Both the position numbers and the translations under genes were made by a program. A stretch of 63,331 nucleotides of DNA, counting the filler, from Aduncisulcus paluster (lineage: Eukaryota), in the NCBI GenBank assembly GCA_024181965.1. It is 11 parts of 11 records of this genome, joined end to end, with 100 filler letters (N's around TTAATTAATTAA, not from the genome) between each part and the next. Parts side by side here need not be neighbours in the genome. Positions count along the whole stretch, not along the records: positions 49,836 to 51,467 come from BQXS01000114.1; positions 51,568 to 53,451 come from BQXS01000116.1; positions 53,552 to 55,393 come from BQXS01000118.1; positions 55,494 to 63,331 come from BQXS01000119.1; 7 more parts are not named here. The stretch is one strand, 5' to 3'. How positions within the stretch are numbered: position 1 is the first letter of the stretch; each line of letters opens with the position of its first letter. Of this stretch, positions 50,004 to 60,983 are shown one piece after another. Below the pieces are notes generated by a model that saw only the letters and a program-made list of their open reading frames with translations, was not told the DNA's origin and searched no databases.

Positions 50004-51098
50004 TTATTTCCATGGAAGTAGAGATAATCGTTCAGGTGCAATATATTCCTCTGGAATGGCAATAAATACAAGGGAAGAGATGTGGAAAGCTCGACTATTC
50101 TTCTCAGGCCACGTTCCTTTCCCTTCAATCTCACACAAAAGGACGTTATCCAAATTAATAGGAAGGAAATGCCATTCAATTCCATGTTTAGGTCTTGTAA
50201 ATTCATACTTCTTGCATGTCTTCTTATCATCACAATCAGTGAAAGTGAAGAGAAGAAACGGGGAACTATTATACGCATCCACACAGATATAAGCCCCTTT
50301 CATAGGACTAGGTAATGGGAAAGGGATGGAAAGATGGGATAAAGCGACAAAAACGTCCCCTTTTAACATTCTTTGTGCTCTTGAACTCTGATCATACCAC
50401 TCAGATTCCTTACAATACGAATCATCCTTGCCCTTAACCATTGAGAATGAAGGATCTACAAGCTTTGGATCATCACGCAGAATGGGAATAGATTTTATAC
50501 CACCTTCCTTAATAAACTCTGCTTTCACAACTGGAGTTTCAGACCATAGTTTCTCTCTGGCTTCATGAGATGTGATTTCTTCAGGAGTTTCTTTTCTACT
50601 AATAAAAACAAGGGAGAGGATATTAAAACACTCTTTCTTTCTTCCTTTCCCCGTAATCTCACACAGAACAACATCAGGGAGATCAACAGGAAGGAAATAC
50701 CAACGATATCCTTTAAATTCAGGAAATTCGTATTTCTTGGATGTTTTCTCACCCTTTGAAGATGTGAGAGTGAAGATAAGGTGTGATGGAGGTAAAGAAT
50801 TAGTAACACCACTTAGACAGATATAAGCCCCTTTCATTGGGGAAGATGAAGAGAAAGGAATGGAGATATGGGTAAATTGTCCATAATTCAACTCTCCTTT
50901 CATAATCTTTTGTGCTTCAGAACTCAGATCGTACTTTCTATCACCTTCTTCCTCGGTTCCATCAATTGCTTTGATTGTTGGAAATGCTGCACTCTTAATA
51001 TTGGGGGCATCTCGAGGAATTAGACAGCAACTCTCATCTCCTTCATGAATAAACTCAGGTTCCACGGTTTGAATAACAGCATCTGTGGATGAACTCAT
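50004..51098 (-). CDS. Stand-alone two-module (A-B) member of the repeat family, 364 aa, no kinase
   Basis: Complete ORF starting MSSSTDAVIQ, highly similar to the modules in 336-7442, with a homologous upstream region. Confidence 0.9.
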   Translation of the reverse strand: MSSSTDAVIQTVEPEFIHEGDESCCLIPRDAPNIKSAAFPTIKAIDGTEEEGDRKYDLSSEAQKIMKGELNYGQFTHISIPFSSSSPMKGAYICLSGVTNSLPPSHLIFTLTSSKGEKTSKKYEFPEFKGYRWYFLPVDLPDVVLCEITGKGRKKECFNILSLVFISRKETPEEITSHEAREKLWSETPVVKAEFIKEGGIKSIPILRDDPKLVDPSFSMVKGKDDSYCKESEWYDQSSRAQRMLKGDVFVALSHLSIPFPLPSPMKGAYICVDAYNSSPFLLFTFTDCDDKKTCKKYEFTRPKHGIEWHFLPINLDNVLLCEIEGKGTWPEKNSRAFHISSLVFIAIPEEYIAPERLSLLPWK

Positions 51099-51123
51099 TT
51101 TGAATAGAGATGGAATATCTTAT

Positions 51124-51341
51124 CTAAAAAAAAATAAAAACAAGCAGAATAATATTAGTATTTGTGAACAAACGGAATGAATGCGAATTTCAAGGAGAAC
51201 AGTCCGAGAAACAAAGACAAAACTAACAAAACGAATAAGAAACGACCACACAGCGCAATATAGTGAGTATAATTGAATGAATCCGGTTAAAATATTTCTT
51301 AATATACATTTAATAAAAGATGCAACATATAGTAAACATAC
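51124..51341 (-). other. Putative 218-nt 5'-leader intron, homologous to 7467-7562
   Basis: Conserved GTATGT donor and poly-T-TAG acceptor. The 122-nt length difference between the paralogues lies entirely inside this interval. Confidence 0.55.
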
Positions 51342-51567
51342 AATTTGCTTGTTTGCCAAGAAATCGAAAAAATGGAGGACTGAACAAGCAACCCTTCAAT
51401 AGATAAGATTGGAAATTTAAAAAAACACATATAAACGAGTTAAATGCTGGTAAATGATAAAAACATGNNNNNNNNNNNNNNNNNNNNNNNNNNNNNNNNN
51501 NNNNNNNNNNNTTAATTAATTAANNNNNNNNNNNNNNNNNNNNNNNNNNNNNNNNNNNNNNNNNNNN

Positions 51568-51780
51568 AGAAGAAATTATGGCCTTAGAATCATCTTTTTC
51601 CTTTGAAATTACATCATCGGACAATAAATCAGACTTTTCCTTTTCATCAGATTCTTTGGCATTTTCACCATGACTGGCATCACTATCATGGCGTTCAGTT
51701 GGTAAATCACCAACAATTTCAAATTCTTCATCATTTTCACCTGTATTGGCGTTTTTCAATTGGCTTCTTGTTTGTACCAT
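51568..51780 (-). CDS. N-terminus of an unknown acidic protein (MVQTRSQ...), 3'-partial
   Basis: ATG-initiated ORF that runs off the contig. Confidence 0.5.
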
Positions 51781-51929
51781 TTTAACAGAAAAATTTTGGC
51801 GTCAATTATACAATAAACTTTAGTTTGATAGGATTTTGATCAAAATGTGGCCAAACTAAACTATAATGCGGTCCAATTTATTAATAAACAGATCTCGAGC
51901 GAACCAATCTATTTTTAGAATGTCCCTGA

Positions 51930-52869
51930 GAATGGTCACCACATGAGGAGGATATTGAGGTTATTCTTGATAGTTCTCTCATCAAGAACATTATTGACAC
52001 TTTCTTGCCTTCAATGATCCGAGTTGAAAATATTCTGCGAGTGAAAGAAGAAGAGGAGGAAGAAGAAGGTGGAACTAGTGAAGCTGGGGTGAATTCTATC
52101 ACAATGTTATTGTTTAGGATAATTGGCAACTCTACAAATCATGTTCTATCCCTTTGTATTTCTATTTTCCCCCAAATCTCATCACTTCTCTCCAAGATGA
52201 TATCTCTTGGCCTATCCAAGAAATTTAAAGATTCTTTTATTGAGGATATACTAACAACATGCAGAAATATTGCATTTGCCAAAGATGATCCCACCAAGAA
52301 CTCTCTTTTATCCTTTCTTCTCCCTCACATCTTACCTTGGATAAAGAAGTATCCTGACAAGAAGTTCTTTTTCTTGTGGACAAACATCTTGAAGAATATC
52401 ACCCTTGACAAAGATAACACTGACCCTCATAAAGATCGTTCCTCACAACTCTGGTTTATGTTCCATCCTGTCTTGGATGTGATTAAGGATTCTGCTTCCA
52501 AAGGTGTTACATTTGATGATGATGCTGTCATTCGCTGTTTATTGTTCTTTGCTAACTTGAGTTGCATTCCTTCCCAAGCTGTTGAAGTGCATGATTGTAT
52601 TAAAGATGGTCTTCTTGATAGTTGGTTTGAGATGATAAAGAAGCAGAGTGAAGAAGGGAAAGATGATGGAAATTGGGGAACCAAATACTGGTCTAGCATC
52701 ATTTCCATATTCTCCACTGTTCCATCTCTTGTTCCTTATATATCTCCCAAATATGATACCAACATGGAATGGTGCAAGAATTATGGAGTTCTTGCTGGAG
52801 ATTATTCAAGATATCTTGGCAATTGCTATCTTTCTCTGAAGAACTGGTCAGAATTAGTTGCAACTATCG
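51930..52869 (+). pseudogene. ARM/HEAT-like helical-repeat family member interrupted by an LTR insertion
   Basis: Very similar to 55494-57535 (WxKKYPDKKFFFLW...STVPSLVP..SPKYD). Homology ends at ELVATI, immediately before the LTR at 52870. An in-frame TGA lies at 51927. Confidence 0.7.
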
Positions 52870-53451
52870 TGTTAGCTGTTCTACAGAATTTATGCTTGGA
52901 GCAAATTTACTATTTTGAAATAAAATATAAATTCCCAGTTTTTGGATTTGAAACCAAACCGGAACCAAAAAATAAAACATTCTTAATCCTTTAATATAAT
53001 AAGATGATAACTTCAAAATAATAAATAATAATAATAGTTTCTGTCAATAATAAATAAACAACATTGTAATACCATCATACTAACACTACCTTCTTTCTTT
53101 TTATAATTCTCGTATTATGATGATTGTTTTTTTTCCATTAATCAGACTATCCTTTCCTTTTCCTACCAGGTTTTCTTTTAATTTTATATTTCGAACCTTG
53201 CTCAGCAATTCGATATATTAATTCCGGGTGCGAGATAATAAATTTCTCTAATGGTAATGTTCCAATAACCTTTGGTAATGGTTCCCATTTGTCTGTACCA
53301 TCTAAATATCTTGCCAAGAAAAACAAATTACTTCCTTCCATCTTATAATCTTCAATATCTTCAACCGGCCATTTAATCTCATCAAAAGAACGCATTCTTT
53401 TAAGTTCTTTTATATCGTGTTCACCCACAACCTGGCAAATTATTCCATGAG
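52870..53451 (-). mobile_element. 3' end of an LTR retrotransposon (chromodomain-bearing Ty3/Gypsy type): chromodomain ORF end, PPT and 216-bp 3' LTR
   Basis: LTR 52870-53085 is bounded by the inverted termini TGTTAG...CTAACA. The polypurine tract AAAAAGAAAGAAGGTAG (53086-53102, minus strand) directly abuts it, and a chromodomain-like ORF ends at 53147. Confidence 0.8.
53147..53451 (-). CDS. Chromodomain-like C-terminus of a retrotransposon polyprotein, 5'-partial
   Basis: WPVEDIEDYK...FFLARYLDGTDKWEPL follows the chromo pattern (VE.I.D......FLV.W......WEP) and ends in a basic tail. Confidence 0.7.
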
Positions 53452-53551
53452 NNNNNNNNNNNNNNNNNNNNNNNNNNNNNNNNNNNNNNNNNNNNTTAAT
53501 TAATTAANNNNNNNNNNNNNNNNNNNNNNNNNNNNNNNNNNNNNNNNNNNN

Positions 53552-55393
53552 ACTCCAAAATATTCCATTATATTGGTTTTCTCAGCTCAACTTTGTTGAC
53601 TCTCCAGGCTTGCTGTTGCTCATGTTTGGTTACCTCTCTGTATGTATATTCGCATATATGCACTTGTTTGTTACAATTGTTCAGGCAGCCCCCCCAATTT
53701 TGCTCCTCAAACCGCATCCTCACATGATTGTTGACAGTGAGTTTCCCCCTCAGGCTGTCCGAGCCTTTGGAATTATGATGTGGATCAAGTGTTTATTATC
53801 ATCCTTTAATGTGACTCCCTCTATCACGTATGCCTTGTGCATGATCTGTGTTTTTTTTGTCATATGGATGGTAATAGATCGACAACCTTTCTTCTCCTCA
53901 ATTGTCAACAATAAGATAGTGTTTCTTTTGGGATTATGTGTTGGGATTTCCTTTGGCGACGTTATCTGGTTGAAACGACAAGTGAGTAAGACCGAAGATC
54001 CTTTGCAAGTCAACGATGAACTCTCTACGACAATTTATAACTTTGTTCTACGAATTCTTTGTATATTATCCATTACTCATCTAATAATGATTATTAATGC
54101 AATTGTTCAATATGATATCATGAAACGAGTATTGAGATTTTTGAGGAGATTCAATAAGACAGGTGGAGGTGATATAGTTATTGGAGATCGCTTGGTTCAT
54201 CCAAATCATAAAAAGCGAGGCTTTGGGGAAGCTCCTGAGCAAAACCAGAAGATGTTCAAGTCTAAATCAGATCCAAAACAATTCGAGAATCCAAAAGACT
54301 CTGCAAGAGGGTTTCAACCAGACTTTGCAAAGGCATTTGTCCCAGATATAAGTATCCCATTCTTCAAACCTGTCAATACTTCCAACTCGATTATCGGTGA
54401 AAATACCCTGACAGCCAGATTGAATTCTAAAACAACAGCTCGTAGTACCCATAGCCACACCTCCATTCCATCCAGCAAGGAGAGTACGAGTGATAGCTAT
54501 TCGTCTTCATCCCAACCCTCGGATCACAGGATTATTCGCGATACGATTCCCATTGTTAGTATTTCAGATGGGAAAGTATCTCCAAGCCCTGGACTATTTG
54601 ATCCATCTGTGCTAATGCAGATTCCAAATCTGCTTGTTGCTCGAGAGTCTCCATCTGGAGATAGCAGTACATCTTCTTCTGAACAAGAAGCGGGTATCAA
54701 CTATATTTCAATACCTACACCAAATCCATCTGATGTTGCTTCAAGAAGTGATATTTCACATTCATCTTCGTTGATGAAAGGTGAAGAAACTAGATCAAAT
54801 ATTGCAACAAGATCAGTTGCTATAAGTAAGGATTCATTATCGTCGAGTAATTCTTCTTATTCTTCCTCTCCAGAGTCTTCTTCGTCTGACATTGAAAGGT
54901 TGATTGAAGAAAAGTGGATGGTTCCAACTCATTCTTTGCATTCATGCCATTGTAATCCTCTCTCCCCCCCATTGTCACACTCATTTTCATCCCCTCACTG
55001 TTCATTTTGTCCTACAAAGCCCTCAATATCCATGCAATGTTCCCACTCTCCAATCGTGATGCATATTCACACAGACACGGAGGTTGGTCCAAGGATCGAA
55101 AAATGGAGGAAATTGATGAGAACAAAGTATGGAATGGGTGAAAAAGAATGGGAATGGAGATGGAAGAATGCTTCAATCCCTCATCCAAGAAATAATACTT
55201 TCCCAAGACAGCTTAACATCCAGAAAAGATCTTCGTTGGGTTCAGACCAATTGAGTATTAGTTCGAAGGGCAAGCAATCCATCACACATGAAGTATACCC
55301 TTCTCATAGCCATTCCTCACATTCAGTTCATCAACAGCCATTTTCTGCTGAATTTCGAGAAGGTATCTCTAGTGACCTTCGCAATTCTGATCG
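53552..55393 (+). CDS. Hypothetical multi-pass membrane protein with a Ser-rich tail, partial at both ends
   Basis: ORF spans the contig, with about 5 hydrophobic segments in the first 170 aa. Confidence 0.7.
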
Positions 55394-55493
55394 NNNNNNN
55401 NNNNNNNNNNNNNNNNNNNNNNNNNNNNNNNNNNNNNTTAATTAATTAANNNNNNNNNNNNNNNNNNNNNNNNNNNNNNNNNNNNNNNNNNNN

Positions 55494-57535
55494 CCCATAT
55501 CTTGCCATGGATGAAGAAGTATCCTGATAAGAAGTTCTTTTTCTTGTGGATGAATATCTTGAAGAATATCACTCTTGATAAGGATAATACCTTCTCTGAT
55601 AAAGATCGTTCTTCACAACTTTGGTTCGTCTTCCACCCTGTCTTGGCTATTATCAAGGACACTGCTTCCAAAGGTATTACATTTGATGATGATGCTGTAA
55701 TTCGTTGTTTGTGTTTCTTTGGTAACTTGAGTTGGATTCCTTCCCAAGCCATTGAAGTTCATGATTACATTAAAGATGGTCTTCTTGATAGCTGGTTTGA
55801 GATAGTGAAGAGGAAGAAAAGTGAAGGAGAGCATGCTAATAGTCAGGGAGTCAAATACTGGTCCAAACTCATTTCCATGCTATCCACTGTACCATCTCTT
55901 GTCCCTCAACTATCTCCCAAATATGATGCCAACATGGAGTGGTGTAAGAAGAATGGAGGATTGCATAATGATTATACAAGATATCTTGGTAATTGTTATC
56001 CTTCTCTGAAGAAATGGGTTGAATTAGTTAAAACCATTAAGAAATGTCCTGACTCAGAATCATCCTCAATTCTCTACCATAAACATCGAGGAGATATCCT
56101 TTCTGTCTTCCTTGCATCCCAATCAAAGAGTGAGATAGAAGAGCACAAGAGAGAGATTGTTCTTTGTGTTGGGTGTTTAGATTGGTTTGTTTGTCATGAT
56201 ATTGCTGGAAGGAGTATCTTCCTCCCAATACCCGATCTCAACAATCTCATTGACACTTTCATTGATCATCTTTCAAGAATTGAGGAAATATTGGAAGAAG
56301 CTGTTGATGAAGAGTATTGTAGCATTTGTGTTTCTTATTCTTTCAAAGTTAAAGATAAATTGGATTCTTTCCTTCCCAAGATCCTTTCCACTTTCCATCG
56401 AATTCTTGAGAGAGGAAACAAGAAGAAGTTGTCTGATAATATTGTTCGATATTTATTGATAACTCTCAAATTCATCGCTTTTTCTCCCTCTACTTCCACT
56501 CGATCTTTTATTCTCACCCTTATCAAACCATACATCAAGGTTTGGTTGAGGATATACAATGACAGCAAGGGTCATGGAGAATGGATGTACATGTTAGCAT
56601 GTATCACCCTCTCAAGAGGCTCAAGTGATAATACTTCCCCCAACACCTCTCTTTGTTCTGAAGCTTGGCCTCTTTTCCACCCTGTTCTTGATGTTGTTAA
56701 GAGAGAGTTTGTTGGGGATAAGATTGTTGGGAATCAACATGAATTTGTTTTACAGTTCTTCTCCAACTTGTGTTATGATCCTTCAAATACTCTTATAATC
56801 TATGATAATGTAAAGGATCTTCTTGATGGTTGGTGGGAAGTTATGAAGAGGAAAAAACATGAGTGGGGAGGCAAATTTTGGTCCAAACTCATTTCCATGC
56901 TCTCCACTGTCCCATCAATAATTCCTCAATTATCTCCCAAATATGATGCCAAGATGCTATGGTTCAGAGAAAAATGGTATTGTTCGATCCCATCTTATAA
57001 CCAATACCTTTCCAACATTTCCTCCTTCGTATCTTCTTCATATCTCTCTTCAACTCTTTTCCATTCTGTTCCAATGGTTTCATTTCTCCCATCAATTGAG
57101 ACATCTTTGTGTCCTGAGAAAGATGGATATTCATACGCTTCCCATGTATGTTCTGTTATGAATCTGCATAAAACTATTCCACATCGCAAAGACAAAATCT
57201 CTTGCTATCATGATATTATCAGTGGAAAAGAAATGCAAATCCAACATGTTCTTAAACGTGATGGATCGAGTTCCCAAGATATCCTCACACACTCTTCTCT
57301 CATCCAATACACTTCTCCTCCCCAACACATGCTTGTTAAGATGCCATTTGATGATGAGAGATCCTTGAGACAATCTGTGTATGATCTGATTGAACGCACA
57401 GGTGGAGGTGTTGAAGTGATGTTTGAACAGGGATCATTATGTTGTTCGTTTGAAGAATACGATCAAGAAGCATGGAGGATAGGAATGGAAGATATTGAAA
57501 ATGTTGATTGGTTTCGTACTACAACTCTTTGTTAG
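55494..57535 (+). CDS. ARM/HEAT-like helical-repeat family protein with a distinct C-terminal domain, 5'-partial
   Basis: Two internal copies of a block W..FHPVL...FF.NL...WSKLISMLSTVPS..PQLSPKYDA.M.W. Paralogue at 51930-52869. Confidence 0.8.
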
Positions 57536-57788
57536 AGATGGATCTATGATCATACAATTCTTTTATTTTTCAATTAAAATTTAATTATTAAATTAAAGGT
57601 TTGTGTTAGGTTTCAGTTATCCCCCTCCTTCAAGGAGTGAAAGTTTCACTCATAATCATACACCGTATCAGGACTTTCAAAAAAAAAAAAAAAAATCAAG
57701 TTCAGAGATGAAGAAAGAAAATGACCGAATCACTAAATATATTGGCATTACGAATGCAATGAAATAATAAAGCAATTGAAGGTCACAC

Positions 57789-60700
57789 TCACATTGCAGC
57801 ACATCCATCCTCTTCTTCCTCTTCTTCACCATTATTGGATTTCTCGAGATCAAACTTACCTGTTCCAGTTCCCTTGCCTTCTCCAGGGTTTCCCTTAACC
57901 TCCACTTTCTTCTCCACCTGAGCGTCTTTGCTTACTGGACTTCCCCATACTTCCACAAGAAGAGCTCCACCGGTTTCCTGGAAACTTTGACTCAATTCCT
58001 CAGAAATACTTGGAACGGTGAAAATCCTTTCATGATTGAGAACAGCACGTCTTCCTTGGCCAACCGCATGGGCAGTTTCAACATAATCGAAGTCGGAAGT
58101 GGGATAATAACGACAAAAAACATCCTTGCAAGTCATTTCGGGAAGATCGACAACACTCTTGATGCGAATACACACATCGACACGTGTTCCTGGCTCCAAC
58201 CATTCTTGATAAGCATCGAGCTCGTCGTCAGTCATCACGTCAAGGGACTCCATATCATCAAAGGTGTATGTTGGCACCTTTCCTTTTGTTGCCTTGGCAT
58301 TGAAAGGAATAAGCTCCACCTGAAGTCCTCCAGCTGTGTCAGCATTGCTTGTAATAATGGGTGTCTGTCCACGGTAAGGAAGCATACTGGATACAAAGGA
58401 GAGAATAACCTGTGCACGACCAATGAGTTGAGGCTCAACGGGATCGTAGAATGGATCGTCATCCTTGGGGATGCTCTCGGGGAGAGAACCGTCTTTCTGC
58501 CAAGTCATGTACAATTCTCGCATCATTGCCAGCCTCTGAGAGAATGTATCTTGATCCCATTGGACATCCCTGCCAGTCTCAGAGTCGTGTGCAACAAGAA
58601 CCACATCACTTCGCTTATCCTTTCCTCCGGCACTGTACTCAGTGCGAATCTCAGGTCTAATCTCAAACTCTTTTCCGACACAACTGGCAATCATGTTGGC
58701 CTCATTGACTTGAGGCAGAGCACGCCCAAGATCCTCTTCAAGCAGAGAGATTTCTTTGGCTCTCTTCCCAGCAGCTTCTCTCTCTTTCTCAAGTTGCTGT
58801 TGAAGTTCCTCATTCCTCTTAGCCATCTCTTTCTCTTTTTTCTCCAATTCTTTCTTCATCTTCTCAGCTTTTTCAGTGCTCATCTTCTGAAGTTTCTCAC
58901 GCTCCTTTTGGAGTTCTTCTTCTTGTTTCTTCCTGTTAGCAACCTCCTGTTCCATTTCTTCAAGACGTTTCTTCGTCTCTTCCATCTCTTTCGCAGCAGC
59001 AACCGAAAGCTTGCTCTCCTTCATGTTGTGACGAGCAAACTCACGTTCGGCAACATAATAATCCACTTCAGGCGGCTGGAACTCAACGCCAGCATCTTCA
59101 AACCGTTGCATGTGCAATTTGCGAGCAAAAGGATCCACGAATGTGTGGTATGTTCCAGCGATAATGATTCTATCATACAAACGAAGGATGACATTCTTTG
59201 TCACACTGGCTCCGTTGACATACAGTGCACTCTCACACCCTTCCTTGGGAACAAGCTCCACAATGTGTGTGGATAATGGAACACGAATGGAAAGTTCAGG
59301 TGGTGCTGCACCTTCAATAGAACCTTCTTCCTCAAGTTCTGCAATACGGTTTGAATCTGATTCCTCGAAATGTTCCTTATAGAGAGCTTCGGCTTCGGCT
59401 TCATCAGCGATACGATGTACAAAGGAACAGTGATGGGGAAGGACAGAAACACCCTGAAGATGGACACAAAACTCATCGGCATCGAAATCAGGGTTGGATC
59501 CAAACTTAACCTCACCTTCAAGGAGCTTGTTGCGCACTTTCATGTTGAACATATCGTCCTTACTGAGATTTGTAAGGTATGGCTCTTTTTCTTCTTTCTT
59601 ACGCACAACAGTGGTCTGAGATGCAAGCTCACGTTGTTTCTTCAGTTCTTCCTCAAATTGCTTCTTCTGTTCCTCAATCATCTCCTTATATTTGGCTTCC
59701 ATTGCTTCTTTCTCCTTCTTTTCACGTTCACGCTTCGCAGCGAGCTCCTCATCACTCAGTCCACCAACTTGAGCCAACTTTTCCCTCAAAAGTCTAACCT
59801 CATCCTGCAGATCAGAAATCTTCTGCTGCTCTGGGGAAATATTACGAACAGGCTTGTTCTTAATCTTTTTAACGTTATTGGCATAACGAAGTGTTGACAT
59901 AGTCTCATCAAAGTTAATGTTGGCAGGGGAAATAGCGGCAATCATAGAAGTCATGGCAGTTCCTCCAAGGGAATCTGAAAGAATCTTTGTAAGCTCAGAT
60001 TCACGGTATGGAACACGCATCTTCAAATTCTTGCCCATGGCATGATCGGCGAGTGTACTAATAACACGACCAAGTGTACTAAGACTCTTGTTAATAGCAC
60101 AACCTTCTTTAAGCCTTGCTCCTTTGGCTCCTGTTGCCTTCTGACGCTCAGAACCAGCGAGATCAACCAAATTCAAGAATGATGGCATGGTACAGGCCTC
60201 AAGGAGAGCTTCCTTGGTAAGCCTTCCAGATTCAATAAGTTGTTGTTCCTCAGGGGTTGGCGGACGAACTTGAGTAAAGATAATTGTGAAAACAGAGTGA
60301 GAACGGGAGGATTCAAGATTACACTTGGTGGCACCCACAGTACGATTGGTAAGTCCCTCATCAAGCTTTGACTTAATCTCATCATAGTTATGAACGTCAC
60401 AGATAGTCAAAGGTTCAACAACAACCTTTGTTCCACTCTTTGGGTTTGATGGATCACGATATTGCAACTTAACTTCGATAGGTTTATCATCATCACTGAG
60501 TAAATCTTTAACTTTTTCATTGTAAATCTCAAGATATTTCACTTTAACAGACATTTTATACCCAGCCTTATCCTCTGGAGGATTGGCAACAATATTAAAA
60601 ATTTCTCGACAAACGAGGGGAATAACACCAGGATACTCATCGTTTCCAGTCATACTCCAACTTTTCCCAGATCCAGTTTGTCCATACGCAAAAATAGTAT

Positions 60701-60983
60701 AAGAAAAATTCTTCAAAGCCTGGTCAAGCATATCTCGTCCAACAGCGTCAAAAACCGTTTGCTGGTCGGCAAAAGGTCGAGATTTATCAAAAGACCAAAA
60801 GAAATAATCAAACGCATATCCTTTTTCATTGGGAGTCCATTTACCAGAGTCGGGGTTCTTCACACGCACGGCATTAGGACTGGGTGAATCAATAATATTA
60901 TAAACTCCAGATGTAAGGCTTTCACGCTCGAGACGTCTATTAAAAGGCCTAAGCCTAATACAAACCTTAACACTTCCACTCAT
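57789..60983 (-). CDS. Kinesin-3 family motor (KIF1/KIF13/KIF28-like) with an FHA-like region and a C-terminal CaaX box
   Basis: FAYGQTGSGKS, SSRSHSVF, LVDLAGSER, VPYRES.LT.IL.DSLGG, ETMSTLRYA. PYLTNL...YVNG...LRLYDRIII is FHA-like. The protein ends GCAAM-stop; likely start MSGSVKV. Confidence 0.92.
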   Translation of the reverse strand: MSGSVKVCIRLRPFNRRLERESLTSGVYNIIDSPSPNAVRVKNPDSGKWTPNEKGYAFDYFFWSFDKSRPFADQQTVFDAVGRDMLDQALKNFSYTIFAYGQTGSGKSWSMTGNDEYPGVIPLVCREIFNIVANPPEDKAGYKMSVKVKYLEIYNEKVKDLLSDDDKPIEVKLQYRDPSNPKSGTKVVVEPLTICDVHNYDEIKSKLDEGLTNRTVGATKCNLESSRSHSVFTIIFTQVRPPTPEEQQLIESGRLTKEALLEACTMPSFLNLVDLAGSERQKATGAKGARLKEGCAINKSLSTLGRVISTLADHAMGKNLKMRVPYRESELTKILSDSLGGTAMTSMIAAISPANINFDETMSTLRYANNVKKIKNKPVRNISPEQQKISDLQDEVRLLREKLAQVGGLSDEELAAKREREKKEKEAMEAKYKEMIEEQKKQFEEELKKQRELASQTTVVRKKEEKEPYLTNLSKDDMFNMKVRNKLLEGEVKFGSNPDFDADEFCVHLQGVSVLPHHCSFVHRIADEAEAEALYKEHFEESDSNRIAELEEEGSIEGAAPPELSIRVPLSTHIVELVPKEGCESALYVNGASVTKNVILRLYDRIIIAGTYHTFVDPFARKLHMQRFEDAGVEFQPPEVDYYVAEREFARHNMKESKLSVAAAKEMEETKKRLEEMEQEVANRKKQEEELQKEREKLQKMSTEKAEKMKKELEKKEKEMAKRNEELQQQLEKEREAAGKRAKEISLLEEDLGRALPQVNEANMIASCVGKEFEIRPEIRTEYSAGGKDKRSDVVLVAHDSETGRDVQWDQDTFSQRLAMMRELYMTWQKDGSLPESIPKDDDPFYDPVEPQLIGRAQVILSFVSSMLPYRGQTPIITSNADTAGGLQVELIPFNAKATKGKVPTYTFDDMESLDVMTDDELDAYQEWLEPGTRVDVCIRIKSVVDLPEMTCKDVFCRYYPTSDFDYVETAHAVGQGRRAVLNHERIFTVPSISEELSQSFQETGGALLVEVWGSPVSKDAQVEKKVEVKGNPGEGKGTGTGKFDLEKSNNGEEEEEEDGCAAM

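Noticed and set aside
57987-59276. 429-aa ORF on + strand and many other overlapping short ORFs
   Set aside because: Antisense or alternate-frame shadows of well-supported genes (here kinesin-3).
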